DNA of 63,145 bases, counting the filler, from Polymyxa betae A26-41 (lineage: Eukaryota > Protista > Endomyxa: Phytomyxea): the NCBI GenBank assembly GCA_003693705.1. It is 6 parts of 6 records of this genome, joined end to end, with 100 filler letters (N's around TTAATTAATTAA, not from the genome) between each part and the next. Parts side by side here need not be neighbours in the genome. Positions count along the whole stretch, not along the records: positions 30,147 to 52,142 come from RBZT01000481.1; positions 52,243 to 55,685 come from RBZT01000177.1; positions 55,786 to 59,297 come from RBZT01000223.1; positions 59,398 to 63,145 come from RBZT01000090.1; 2 more parts are not named here. The stretch is one strand, 5' to 3'. How positions within the stretch are numbered: the stretch's first letter is position 1; each line of letters starts with the position of its first letter. Both the position numbers and the translations under genes were made by a program. Below, piece after piece: positions 50,898 to 62,452 of the stretch. The notes beneath the pieces were generated by a model. It saw only the letters and a list, made by a program, of their open reading frames with translations, ran no database searches and was not told the DNA's origin.

Positions 50898-52142
50898 TTA
50901 ACCGAGCCAGCGGAATAACATGAGAGAGATGACCGGTGCCCACGACATTACCATAAGAACGATATGAGAGACAATCGACCCAATCACCTGAGTGGCACCA
51001 AGCAGGCCTACAATGCCCATCACGGCAACGTACATCACGGACAGCGTGCAATTGCGCCAGAACTTCCATGATAATGCCGCACGGCGTCGTCGAACAGGAA
51101 AATGGCGTCTCTGAGGGTATCGGACCAGCACCGGGACAACAGGGGCGTCCATTATGGCAGCAGATGCGTCCGCTATACCCCGAGGAGCGCTTGTTACTAC
51201 TGATTGGAATCTGCCAGGAGAACGCCTTCATGTCCAGGCGCTCCCGCAGTACGTGCATTGCATGTTTCGGCATCCGCCATTCTTGGTAATAGGAACGTGA
51301 CATTCCGGACAGCGCTGTGTATCCGATCCGATCAGAGCCAGCGAAGCTCGCGTATACTTTCCAAGATATTTCTTGTATTTGTGACAGGACATTCCGTCAT
51401 GACTGCGGCTGCTAATTAGCCATAGAAAACGGCTTTCTGATAGCCATGGAGAATTGCATAGAACGCAGGTCGTAATGTTACAGAGATTGCAGTGGAAACG
51501 TCGCTGATCCTTGCCGGTGTCATCGACTTTATATCGGCCGAAACCAGTAGGAGAATCCGTTTGAATGAGAGGAGTGCTCTCATCGAAGTCAAGAATTCGG
51601 AAATTTTTGTCAGAGAGGGGGCCATCAAACCAGACGATGTTCGGGCAATCGGGTGTTGGACATTGATAAGAATACTTCAATGATAAGTAGAACTTCTTCA
51701 GTTGGAGCTGAAGCCATCGATCATAGAGATGCCGAGATTCTCCCGAAAGTTGACGAATGACAGAATCCGTGAAGATCACAGAACAGCAGGGACATCGTAG
51801 ATCGTATCTTCCTTGATCCAGCATCGTCACAGCATATCGGCGAATGCATTCGAAACAGAACCGATGCTGCTCCTCACAGACGAACAGATTCTGTATCTCT
51901 CCGAGGCAGATATTGTTGGAACTGCAGCGACTATCGTGGAGTCCAAACACACAGAGTTGGTGAGAATTGGGAATTAGTGTATTGAGGGACGCAGATCCGG
52001 TAAATGTACCCGGGCGAACGGCTCTCGCCAGTGATCCCTTTCCAAGATTAGAAAGGGCCACAGTGGCTCTTCGGGTCCACGCCGTGGCCATTCCGGTGGA
52101 CGCAGTCGCCGTTCCGAGTCTGGGACTTGGGCTCCGTGGAGG
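50898..52142 (-). CDS. RBR (RING-IBR-RING) E3 ligase with C-terminal TM; in-frame TGA at 51228-51230; 5' end in the gap
   Basis: CNICLG-like RING1 (NNICLGE..CEEQHRFCFEC..CPCC), IBR (CPTPDC..CNLC..CVLC..H), RING2 (CPECHVPITKNGGCRNMQCTYC), then a same-frame hydrophobic tail. Confidence 0.88.
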
Positions 52143-52242
52143 NNNNNNNNNNNNNNNNNNNNNNNNNNNNNNNNNNNNNNNNNNNNTTAATTAATTAANN
52201 NNNNNNNNNNNNNNNNNNNNNNNNNNNNNNNNNNNNNNNNNN
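52143..52242. other. Artificial contig spacer
   Basis: Same linker. Confidence 0.97.
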
Positions 52243-54894
52243 TCGAAACTGGAATGAATCTCGATACCCAAGCTTGGAAGGGATCGAAATTGCTGCTATC
52301 GCCCCGAAATCGGGTTGAAGGGGTTCTGGAATCTGTCTGGGCAAATTGCCTGAATTTTCCAGTCATGCGTTTTGGAAAGAGCGCCGCCTGTTGACCATAA
52401 ATCAGCGAACTAGTCGAATCCAATCCAATCCAAATTTTAAGGGACCACTTGCAGCCATGTCCGAATCGATTCGATGACACAGATGAGTAAGTCCGAACTC
52501 CGTTTCGGGGATGTTCACTGATTATGTGGAGGGAACTCTCAGATGCGTATCCGGGATCGTTCGCAGTCCGTAAGAGGCATGAGAACACTCCTTCCTCATT
52601 TCCGAATATTGTATCGCTGAGAACGGTATAGTGGAGATCTCGAGTCGTTAACGGACGCCTTTGATTCTCCGTGGCTTGCCAAGAACACAAAGAATTGCAA
52701 AGAGTCGAGCGAACATGAATTTTTATTCTTTGTATTTCCAGAAAACAACATAAAAAATGGACAAATGGTGTCCGCTACCCCTTCGGTGCGTTTTTTAACT
52801 TTGGGACCAACACTTCAATCGCATAAAACTCCAAGCTATCAACTCTGAGCTGGAGCCGACATTGAGAGCAAACAGTGTCGAAGTAGCCGAGATAACGAAA
52901 ACGATGTGAAACGCAGACGGAAAAAAAACATTATCCTCAAGTCACGCACTTTAATTTATCAACAAAGTGCGCAGATGCGCATTTTGATTTATCATCGAGG
53001 GAAAAATCGAAAAGTGTGAAGTTAAGATGGCGGGTAGCCGGGTACCATATTTGGAGTATAAAAAGGCCGAAAAGGCTAGTGATTGTCTGAGTAAAATACA
53101 GATGTAATGTTGACAGGAATTCGTGCGAAAAATGTGACTCTGGATGTCTTTTGCCACAGTCCGGAGATCGGACTCCGGAATGAGTTGGTAGCTTCAGCTC
53201 TCGACAAGCAGCGTCAACAGCCTGTTTGGACTTCGAAATCAGATGGTCCGGGCATAAGCAGGAAGGATATCCGCAGAGGGCTCTCGTAGATCGATTCTTG
53301 ATCGTTCTGAGATAACGCTGTCACAGCTTTGCGAGTAGACGTCATAGCACAGAGTCAGATCGGAAAGATTCCCTGGATCGAGCCGTTCGGACGGCGTTGG
53401 AGAACGGAGTCAGACGGAATGATTGCAATGAATCAAGTAATGATCAAAGCTGAATGTGGGATGGATCAGGAGATGGATCGAGCTGCGAAGGAACGGTAGG
53501 ATCGGATGATGTCGGTAGAAAATGGACCACGACGAAAACTCCGGAGATGACAATCCGCATGGCCATTCCTCATAGGTTTTCTCCCGTCGCCCAAAAATCG
53601 AATATCCCAACTAGGGTTTAGGGTGTTCTTGAGAGGAACTCGTACTGTAAGTTAACCACCCCGAAGAGTGTATTAGTAGAGCCAAGCGCCCCGGTAACCG
53701 TCATTGTTATGTCAGAACGGCCACTCCGGATCCAGCAAAAACGTGAATGGCGAAAAGTCCGCAGCATAATCAAGGGCCGGGGATCCGTAACGACCGCAAG
53801 CTCGCGGACAGCGGCAAGAAGCGGACACGAACGATCTCAGATTCATCGATGCGGACAAGGTCGAGGTCGATGAAGACTTCAACTCCGCCGATTCGGGGAA
53901 GGCGCCGTACCGGCCCCTCCTAACTAGGGGTTTAGACACGGCTAATACGATTGGAGGTGGGAACAGAGGTCGCCACTCTCAGCGCCACCTGACTCCAATA
54001 TGTCCGGAAACGTCTCCGTGCGGAGATTCGGAATCCGAATCTCCGGCGTCGATACCGAACTAGAACAGATCGTCCCGCGGCTGACGTCGGATTGTAACCG
54101 CCGGCTGAGCCGGAGACACCGTATGCGGATCTATTCACGGACCGCACTGATAGAATCTTCGACGACAAAGCGATTTCGGTAACAGAAAAGTGAAAGTTAT
54201 ATAGGCTGTAACAGCCCTTTAGTAACTGCTGGAATGTGACTCGACATTGCTAGAAGATTCCAAGCCTGGAAGGTTCCACGGAGTCGGAGTGCGTGAAGTG
54301 CGCAGTGGTCGTACTGGCCCGGGGCGTTCTTGGAATGCTCCGAGTAGTATTTAATCGACTTTTGTTTATGATAAACAGTTCAGTTGTGTTTCGGTCATCG
54401 AACTGTAGCATCGGTAGGCCTTCAAGGTAAACGATGGCGAAGAGAGGGACGAAAACACCAGCTCGCAGCTCTAGATCAGCGACTCCACGACGAGATGAGA
54501 TAGACACCAGGCCCCACCCCTTTCAACAGAAACATGGTCGGGGCGAATTCCTCTCCAGCGCAAACGACAACGTATGCTATAATAACGAATTAGATAGAGA
54601 GCTGGGAGGGGAGTTAGGGTATTAGGGTTTGAGTCCAATAAGATTGGGCAGGTCACACATTATCTTGTCAGACCTCTCTTAAGTCCTCCGAATAGGGCCG
54701 AACGAGATCCAGACTAACATAAATGGGACTTGAAGTAGGGGTCCTGGTAGGTACTAAAGCGACTTTCATAATACAACAGACTTACGATATGAATACCGCG
54801 CCGCCTGATGACAAACATCAACAAACTAAATAGAATCCAATACAGTCCTTTATGCACTGGTAGACCTGAGAAAACCTTAACATCAATTTACTGA

Positions 54895-55265
54895 TTAAAT
54901 TGTCTTGTCAGCATTAATAGAAGATAGAGCAGGACATTGTCGAGTATGTCCAGGACAATAATTGTGTTGAAATTGATAATGATTTATATGATGTCCAAAT
55001 ATATGAGAGAAATAATTGACATCATTATTACAATGATGTTCAAGACAGTATAATATTGGATTTACAGAATTTGAGAGGTCTTCACTCAGATCAGATGACT
55101 GTTTCAACTTCCGCTTCTTCATCAAGTAATTATTCATTCGCTAAATACACTCCAACATGATCTTCTGTGATTTATTCAGAAAATACAAAAAAACTTGATC
55201 ACAGTAATACCGTCTCAATTCCTTTCATAGAAAATCTCAATTGACAATGAACACGATCTTCTCTA
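54895..55265 (-). pseudogene. Fragment of the Crypton-tail-like domain (module-3 type)
   Basis: EDRVHCQLRFSMKGIET|KIMLECI*RM..VNPILYCLEHHCNNDVNYFSHIFGHHINHYQF..YCP..QCPAL; same intron position as 41480-41527; in-frame TAG. Confidence 0.8.
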
Positions 55266-55685
55266 TCGGGAAACTACTTCTGTCTGTCGACAGATGGCGC
55301 AGCCTGCTGTCTGTCGGTTCGCAATGGCGGCGAATCATCTTGCTAACAACTGACCTTTGTTGCACAAACCATTATACGTGATCAGTTCTTCGCTGGTGCA
55401 TGTAAGATTACGCTCAGTTGCTTGCCGTCGCATTATTCCATAATAACTCAATTTAGTGTTGGGTTTGGACAGCTCAGTGATCCGTTCAACATTAAATTGA
55501 ATTCTGCAGTTTATGAAATTCCAATCAGTGAACAATTGCAACTATAGCTACAGTCGTGTTAAAACAAATACGCCAGGAGTTCAAGTGCGTTGAGCTTCAT
55601 TCAGAAGCTGAAGCTGAATTCTAACAAGGAGAAAGTGTGCGGGGCTCATACATCCAAATTTCACTGCGAAAACGGTGGGCAGTTT

Positions 55686-55785
55686 NNNNNNNNNNNNNNN
55701 NNNNNNNNNNNNNNNNNNNNNNNNNNNNNTTAATTAATTAANNNNNNNNNNNNNNNNNNNNNNNNNNNNNNNNNNNNNNNNNNNN
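55686..55785. other. Artificial contig spacer
   Basis: Same linker. Confidence 0.97.
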
Positions 55786-56039
55786 CGCGATAACATGTTC
55801 TGTCTGGGGGAGCAAGGACATAATACAAAAACTTGCAAGAAATGATGGGAGACCTAGGATTTTAATGGCGGCATCCATCATATGCAATTATTCAATACAC
55901 ATGTAGTTATAAGAATACGAGTATTACTGTGGTCATAGATCTAAGACGTATGCGACCGCCTATATAGGAGGTCGCGCACGCAGTTAAAACTGCGACCGGT
56001 CGCAGACGTAGCAGGGTCGTTATTTTAAAATAGCGGGCC

Positions 56040-57981
56040 CCAACGGAGTTCTGCCCGTCTATGAGGGCCGATTCTATTATGGCGTTTATTGATTTTAAAG
56101 TTCTTCCTGAAGGCAGAAATGTTCATATTTCTGTGGCGAATGCGTCCTCTCGGCGTCGTGTCGGTGCTGTTACGGACAATTTTGCACGACTGCCGATTGT
56201 TGCGAACCATTCCTGGAATGATCCGGGAAACTGCAACTTATTTCTGGGCGCCATTTCTCCGCTGCATTCTGCCCGAAAACAATCCGGACCCTATCAGGAG
56301 CCATGTTAGCGCTGCTGGGAAAATTTCAACCGGGGCGATCCCGCGCCCTGTGTTTTTCATCGGGAGTGTCATTTATGGCGATGCGGATCTCCGCGCGAAT
56401 TGGACAAAGTCCGAAATCGTTATGAGCGAGTAACCAAGATCGACCTGCCCGATTATCAGCCGCAGGCCGATTCCGGCCTACTTCCGCATGAACTGATTAT
56501 GGTCCGAGCGGGGCTCCTCTCCAGAAACGTCAAGTCCGGGTTTCGGCTCTGGACGATCTTCTTATGCAGCTTCGTCTTGATGCTGCGGTCTCGAGAGGCG
56601 ATCAACATCAAGTGATGATTTTATCCCGAACATGACCACCGTGAATCGGACTTCCGGAGATCTGTTAACATCGGACTGCGGATCAAGGGAAAGTCCGATA
56701 ACTCTTTCAAAATACCTGATAATCCACCGCAAGGACGAGATCCCGGAACTCTGTCTGATCCGTCATATGTTGGCTTGGATCCATCTATCTGGAAGAGACA
56801 CAGGATTCGTGTTCAGCGACTGTTTCGGGCGCCCTTTCAAGTACAAATCCCTTAATATTAGGTATGTGATCTGGAAACCCTAAAACCCTAACTGAATCAA
56901 TGTTCAGCTTTCAGAAGTCGGTGAGAGCTGTGATTGACCGCCCAGGTCCGTGGGGGACGCATTCAATGCGAAAGACCGGCTACATACTGGCCCTATGGGG
57001 CGAAGGCGACCTGCCCCAGATCATGTTGTCGGCGAGACATAAGAGCCTCAATTCCGCGAGGCGATACTTTTCGGATGCTCTGTCCGTTCTGGAATTGGCG
57101 CGGCGTCAGAAGTCAGTATTTTTTTATTTTTGTTAAATTTCCGCTAATTTTGGCTTTCAGTGATGACGGCCTATTACGTTACAGCTATAAGTGGCGCCCG
57201 TTCCACATCGATAATCCGGGCCCAGCCATGGCCGTGACGATTATGCTTTGGAGCATAATGACTTCTCATTATGCGCCCAAAAGTTCGTCGACAGTATGAT
57301 TGAGAGGCGACTTCTGCAAATCCGTCAGTCCCGTAACGTAATCGCATTAGCAATGCGATTATCCGGTACGAAGACTGTGAAGACCCGGACGTATATCTGG
57401 CCCAATTGTTCGAAAAGATCAAGGCCGCTGGACTCGGGGACGTCGCGGACGAGATCAACCGCATACTGGCCCGAAAGTATGCGGATTCCGTACTGCCAGT
57501 GATCCCGCAGCCCGCAGCCGAAGCCGATAATTCCGAACAGAATGAAGATGAAGATCACGAGCATATAGTTCGTCCTGCTGATTCTGTTCGCGATGACCCA
57601 ACAGTGGAGCGGCCTCCTCCCAAGCGTCGGCGTCTGAACGCTTCTTTTGATGTAAAGGAGCGCGAATCTTTAAGCAGGATCAAGGGCACGCCGGAGAAGA
57701 TGGCGGTCTTTGGCCGGGTTTTCGCAACCTGTAAGACGCCCGGCATCAGTGTCAACGATATGGTGCCCGGCCTGCGGAGCGCCTGGTATTCGGTGATCGA
57801 GCCGATCATGAACTGCTTCCATCACCATTGTGATGGAAATCTGGACACGTTCGTGAGTCGTTGGGGCGAAAAACTCGCTCACGTACTCCAACTTCGGGCG
57901 CGAGAAATACCCAGGCTTGGGAGACAGCAAGGATGTTTGCGGCCATTCCGCATAATACTATTTCATCAATACAGTTTTTGA
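56040..57981 (+). mobile_element. Crypton-type tyrosine-recombinase transposon gene (5'-truncated, disrupted)
   Basis: Catalytic R in VLMLRSREAI, HxxR in GTHSMRKTG, H and Y in SARHKSLNSARRY. N-terminal Cys/His region (CPSM..WNDPGN..H..C..C..C..H), two short introns, stops at 56307 and 56613, NLS PPPKRRRL and a C-terminal Cys/His domain. No RT or RNase H nearby. Confidence 0.85.
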
Positions 57982-59297
57982 ATCCTGATCTCTGTCATTG
58001 ATTTCGAATCTGCTGGGTGACGTCTGGCGGAAACTGCGTTCGCATTTTTCGATTGAACCCTTTCATCCCCTCTCTATTTGACGAATACTGTACCCAACAG
58101 GATATCAGTCTCTCACATTTGATGACAGGGGTTCGAGTCCCAGTATCGGAGTTTTTTTTGTTGCAATTCGATTCTTACAAAAAGATACTGATCTCAGGCC
58201 GTCAGGCGTGATCGGTAATTCCACTCTTTGATGGGAATTCTAAGTGGAATTGATAAATTCCGTTTATCGTTTATAACGAGAAAGTTTCTGAAAGTTTTCA
58301 AAATTTCACTACTTCCCAGCGCCCACTACATGCTACAGCCGAGCGGCGTTCGAGGCCGCAGCAGTTCGTAATGGCGATGAGAGACACCAGATGGGTAGCC
58401 ATGCTGGCAGATGAGTCGGCCACTATACCTTTCCCAACCCTGTCTACAACCGATTCATTTAAGAATCGGTTTTGTCTATTGTGAAACCGTATTCAATACA
58501 TCATTTTATTACATTCAAAATCCGTTGGCTCCCCGTTAGTCACCGCGAGTCGGTTGGCTATACGTTTATAGACTATTTGTGACTGCACCGACACAGCCAC
58601 CATCTTAGTGAATAATTTTCAATGTGTCTCTCATCTCCTTTGTCAAGAGTTGAAAGGTGAATGTCAGCCTCTTTAGACTTGACCTACATGCAGGGCAGGA
58701 AGTTATCTGAATCGTTCTTGATCCAGGTTAAATGGCATGTTTTTGTACAGCTGCAGCCTTCGATGAAGAGATACTACATTGTATTTTTATTTGATGACAA
58801 TTTTCAGACGCGCCGCCTTCCGGTTCCAGGCCTTTCAGCTTTTCTCTTAAGTCAGGCTCTAAACACAGACACCTTCGACTCTCCGAGGTTTTTCAAACAC
58901 AAGTCGTTCAAAGCAAAGCAGCAGACCGAAAATTTCACAAGTATCGCCAGCCTGATAACTGATGGTGGAAAGCCAGAAAACATCAGAGCTCGCTTTCTTT
59001 GTCGCAATTGAGAGCACATAAAGAGCTCGAAGGGAACTTACGATTTGGTATAGAATCGCAGATGATTTGCAGACGTGGAAAAGATAAGTTTCAATCTTTC
59101 AGCTATCGACATTTTTAAAGAAGGAAGAATTATATAATGAAATAGTAAGCAAATTTCTTCTGAAACCAGCTTGATTAGCGATGAAGAAAACGCTGCTACA
59201 AAGCGTATGTCTTTCAAAGCATTTACTGTACGCGTCATGATCATTTTGTTCAGATTGTGTCTCGCCAAATTATGGGCTGGTATGACCTATGATCTTG

Positions 59298-59397
59298 NNN
59301 NNNNNNNNNNNNNNNNNNNNNNNNNNNNNNNNNNNNNNNNNTTAATTAATTAANNNNNNNNNNNNNNNNNNNNNNNNNNNNNNNNNNNNNNNNNNNN
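59298..59397. other. Artificial contig spacer
   Basis: Same linker. Confidence 0.97.
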
Positions 59398-60051
59398 GAG
59401 ACATAGGTAGTGCCCCAACGATCTCGAAGCTGATTGATGATCGACAAAACCACATCATTAGACGCGTCTTCTGCACGGTCAACTGTAGCAGGCTCTAACA
59501 CAGCGGCTTGAAAATCAGCATAGTGTGCAGCTGTTTGAATGTTGATTCCGTATTTGTAGATAAAGAATTCTACTACATGCCCGCGTGCAGTCCAGTTCTG
59601 CAGAATGGATGTAGACATGTCTGAGATACAATTCTAAAATACGACATCTTGCGAACAGGAATCCAAATTTACTTTCTATACTGTAAAAGTGATTTCGATG
59701 CTTAAACGAAACTATCAGGTCCAAGTCTTCGCGCGAAGGAGGCTCGTTCCTCATCGAAGAGCTCTGATCCTCTGGAACAGCAATTCCTTGAGCATGTTGA
59801 GAGGCAACATCAAAAACAGCCGTGCAGAAATCCTCGAGAGCCGAAACGTTGATCTCAAGTACTCCTAAAGAAACACCAGAACGAGCCTGTGCATTTTTAT
59901 ATGGCTTCACCAAGGCATTCAGCTTAAGACGGTACAGCTGGTCAGCGTCGGGTCGCTGGTTTAGACTAGCCGAGCTAGACAGAGTTGGGCCAGTCGCGTC
60001 GTTCTCCGATCGTCCCTCGTGAGAGAGCTGACTGCATTCCTGCGTGGTCAA
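59398..60051 (-). other. Partial spliced ORF, probably a DNA-transposon accessory gene
   Basis: FIYKYGINI..F...VLEPATVDRAEDA..LRDRWG resembles TE-associated hypothetical proteins of filamentous eukaryotes (from memory, unverified). Confidence 0.4.
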
Positions 60052-60077
60052 CTACGTCATGAGCTCTGCGAGCAGGT

Positions 60078-60891
60078 ATGGCGATGATTGTCAGGACAGT
60101 GCATAAAAAGTACATGAAACCATCGCGGATTTTTCATTTCACGCAAAATTTACAGTATGCAAATCTCAAAACAATATATCGAAAGATCCAAGAGGCTGAA
60201 CAAGAAACCGGCAAAAGCAAACCCAAAAACAAACACTGTACTGGGAACCGCTTAACAGCCATTTGGCGGACGAGAGGGCGCTGCACATGCAAACCGTTTC
60301 AAGGATGGTGGTCGTGGTCAGAAACCTGTCCACGAAATGCAGGAAAAGCGATTATCTTTAAAAGAGTTCCCAACACCGTCCTGCAAAAAACCGAATGGTA
60401 GCCGTTACTGATCGCCTGAGTGCTGTAGCGTCGGTTGGCACCGATATCAAACACGGCTTGGAGAGCTTGGGCGACAAAATGATACAGGCGATGTCTGCAC
60501 CTGTGCACGGTACGGGCTCAAGTTTAGTTGATGCAATGAAACTTCAAGCTGCGCAAATTCAAAAAACTAACGAACTGCTAGAAGCCAGTAATTCAAGGGC
60601 TGAGCAGATATTTCAACTCCAACAAACTCAAACCCCCAGATTATGCAAACATAAAATATATGGCTCGAGGCAATGGCAAAATGTCTGCAAAAATAAACTT
60701 ACAACCGCTTAAGAGTATGGTCGCATCTGAAAAAGGTAGTCCTTGATCCTGTCTCGAATGATTATAGCTTGTTCGCGGCCCGAAATTGGCCCATGCCCTT
60801 GCTGTCGCATAGGCTCATCCTCCGAATCGCTCGAGTAAGGCTCGACTTCTGCAGCGACTTTGCCATCGAGGATGAGGAATATATTGTGTAA
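60078..60891. mobile_element. Remnant of an older Harbinger-like element: convergent 3' ends of the accessory ORF (+) and transposase (-)
   Basis: Minus strand LHNIFL..acidic..IRDRIKDYL* (DDE_Tnp_4 C-terminus) meets a plus-strand coiled-coil tail at about 60710. Confidence 0.65.
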
Positions 60892-61116
60892 GAGTTCGTT
60901 TGGACACTCGCAATTTTGCAAAATTCCGGGGGATATTTTATTTTGCAAAATTGCCTGTTTTGAAAAATAACAGATGCTGAACGTGTTTCGAACCCCTTTT
61001 TGCAAATCGTGATTTTTACAAAGTACCCTTGAATTTTGAAAAAAATGATTTTTAGCTCGGACCTAAATATTTGGGCGGCGATTTCAAATATTATTTATTT
61101 ACCTGCTGTTCGAGAT

Positions 61117-62426
61117 ATGGCTCCTGCCTTCTCCCGGGGTCTTAAGGCTTGCAGGATCGATGACGATGACAACGATGCTGCTGACTTTCTTGTCCTAGCA
61201 ACAGGATGGTATGCGGCAAATACCTTTGCAAGGAGCCATGTCGAACGTCCATCATGACCGGCAACCTCTCTATACAGGAATTGCTGTGGCGTACTACTAA
61301 CGAACGGCGCTTCTTGGAGTTCTTCCGAATGAATCGTCTTACCTTCCTTAATCTGAAAAATGCCATTCTTGCGAAAGGATGCCTGTTGCCATCACGAGGT
61401 ATTACTACCGATGAACAGTTGGCTATTTTCCTTTATGTCGGTCAAAATGCATCCAACAGAAGCTGCCAAGAGCGATTTCAGCATTCTGGTGAAATCATTA
61501 GCAGGTACGTTTGGAATACATTCCGGTAGTAATAAATAATAAAGTGAGCAGACATTTCAATGCTGTTGTGAATTCTATGGTGACAATGGCTGCCGATTAC
61601 ATCGCTCTCCCGGGTAGCACCGCGCCCAGGGAAATTACGAGCAACAAAAAAATCCTTCCATATTTCAAGGACTGTATTGGGGCTTTGGACGGGACACATA
61701 TCTCTGCGACTCCTCCTCAAGGAAATACTGTCCCTTTTCGAAACCGCAAAGGGTTTTACAGTCAGAATGTCTTAGCTGTATGTTCATTCGACATGTATTT
61801 CCTATATGTGCTTCCTGGGTGGGAAGGCTCGGCTGCAAACGGTACTACTGTTCTCCAAGACGCACGATCAAATTCGTTTACTATCCCTGCTGGTAAATAT
61901 TAATTGGGGGATGCAGGATAAGGATTAGCGAAACATTGCCTGACCCCATTTCGTGGAGTACGATATCATTTTAAAGAATGGGGACAAGCAAACGAAAAGT
62001 ATGTCATCCTCTGATACTATTGTTACCAAAAGCTGCCTGACCATTTTATCGAATTATAGGCCTAAGAGCGCTGAAGAGCTGTTCAATCTTCGACACGCCC
62101 AGCTCCGCAACGTCATTGAGAGGATCTTTGGGGTGATGAAGAAGCGGTTTCCAATATTAACAGCGCCTCCATCATATCCTTACGAATGCCAAGTGAAATT
62201 GGTGCTAGCCCTGTGCGTTTTGCATAACTTCATTCGAAGTGAGAGCAGAGATGATACTTTCGTGCAGCTATATGATGAAGAGCAAAGATCGGAATGTTTC
62301 GATTCAATAGGGCTCAGTGCTGAGTGCTGTGATCCTAGATCAAGGGGTGATTCGGCAGTTAAGTACTGGCGGAAACTAATAGCTGATACCATGTGGAGTG
62401 ACTACTTGAAGTACAAACGGAAATGA
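61117..62426 (+). pseudogene. Harbinger DDE transposase (HARBI1/DDE_Tnp_4-like)
   Basis: FFRMNR..EQLAIFLY..ERFQHSGE, CIGALDGTHI, QNVLAVC, GWEGSA, Y*LGDAG*, FNLRHAQLRNVIERIFGVMKKRF, LHNF; nonsense codons at about 61901 and 61919. Confidence 0.93.
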
Positions 62427-62452
62427 CAGTAGAATGATTTATGATTCAAAAT

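Noticed and set aside
13790-53420. Several in-frame TGA codons suggesting UGA reassignment to Trp
   Set aside because: RPA1, the BTB gene and the GPI gene end normally at TGA, and TAG/TAA lesions also occur in the pseudogenes. Ordinary decay explains them.
53100-54170. GC-rich minus-strand gene-like remnant with several stops
   Set aside because: No recognisable family; cannot assign.
37767-54780. Other TG..CA-bounded segments (37767-37920, 41859-42213, 54207-54778) as solo LTRs
   Set aside because: No TSD or second copy found in the window.
56040-57981. DIRS retroelement, phage integrase or virophage origin of the YR
   Set aside because: No RT/RNase H, capsid or packaging genes adjacent, and it has spliceosomal introns. 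A Crypton-type DNA transposon fits better.
58640-59297. Possible decayed kinase-like (CRN-type) fragment on the minus strand
   Set aside because: Only a vague LG..K.SVF.A motif; insufficient evidence.
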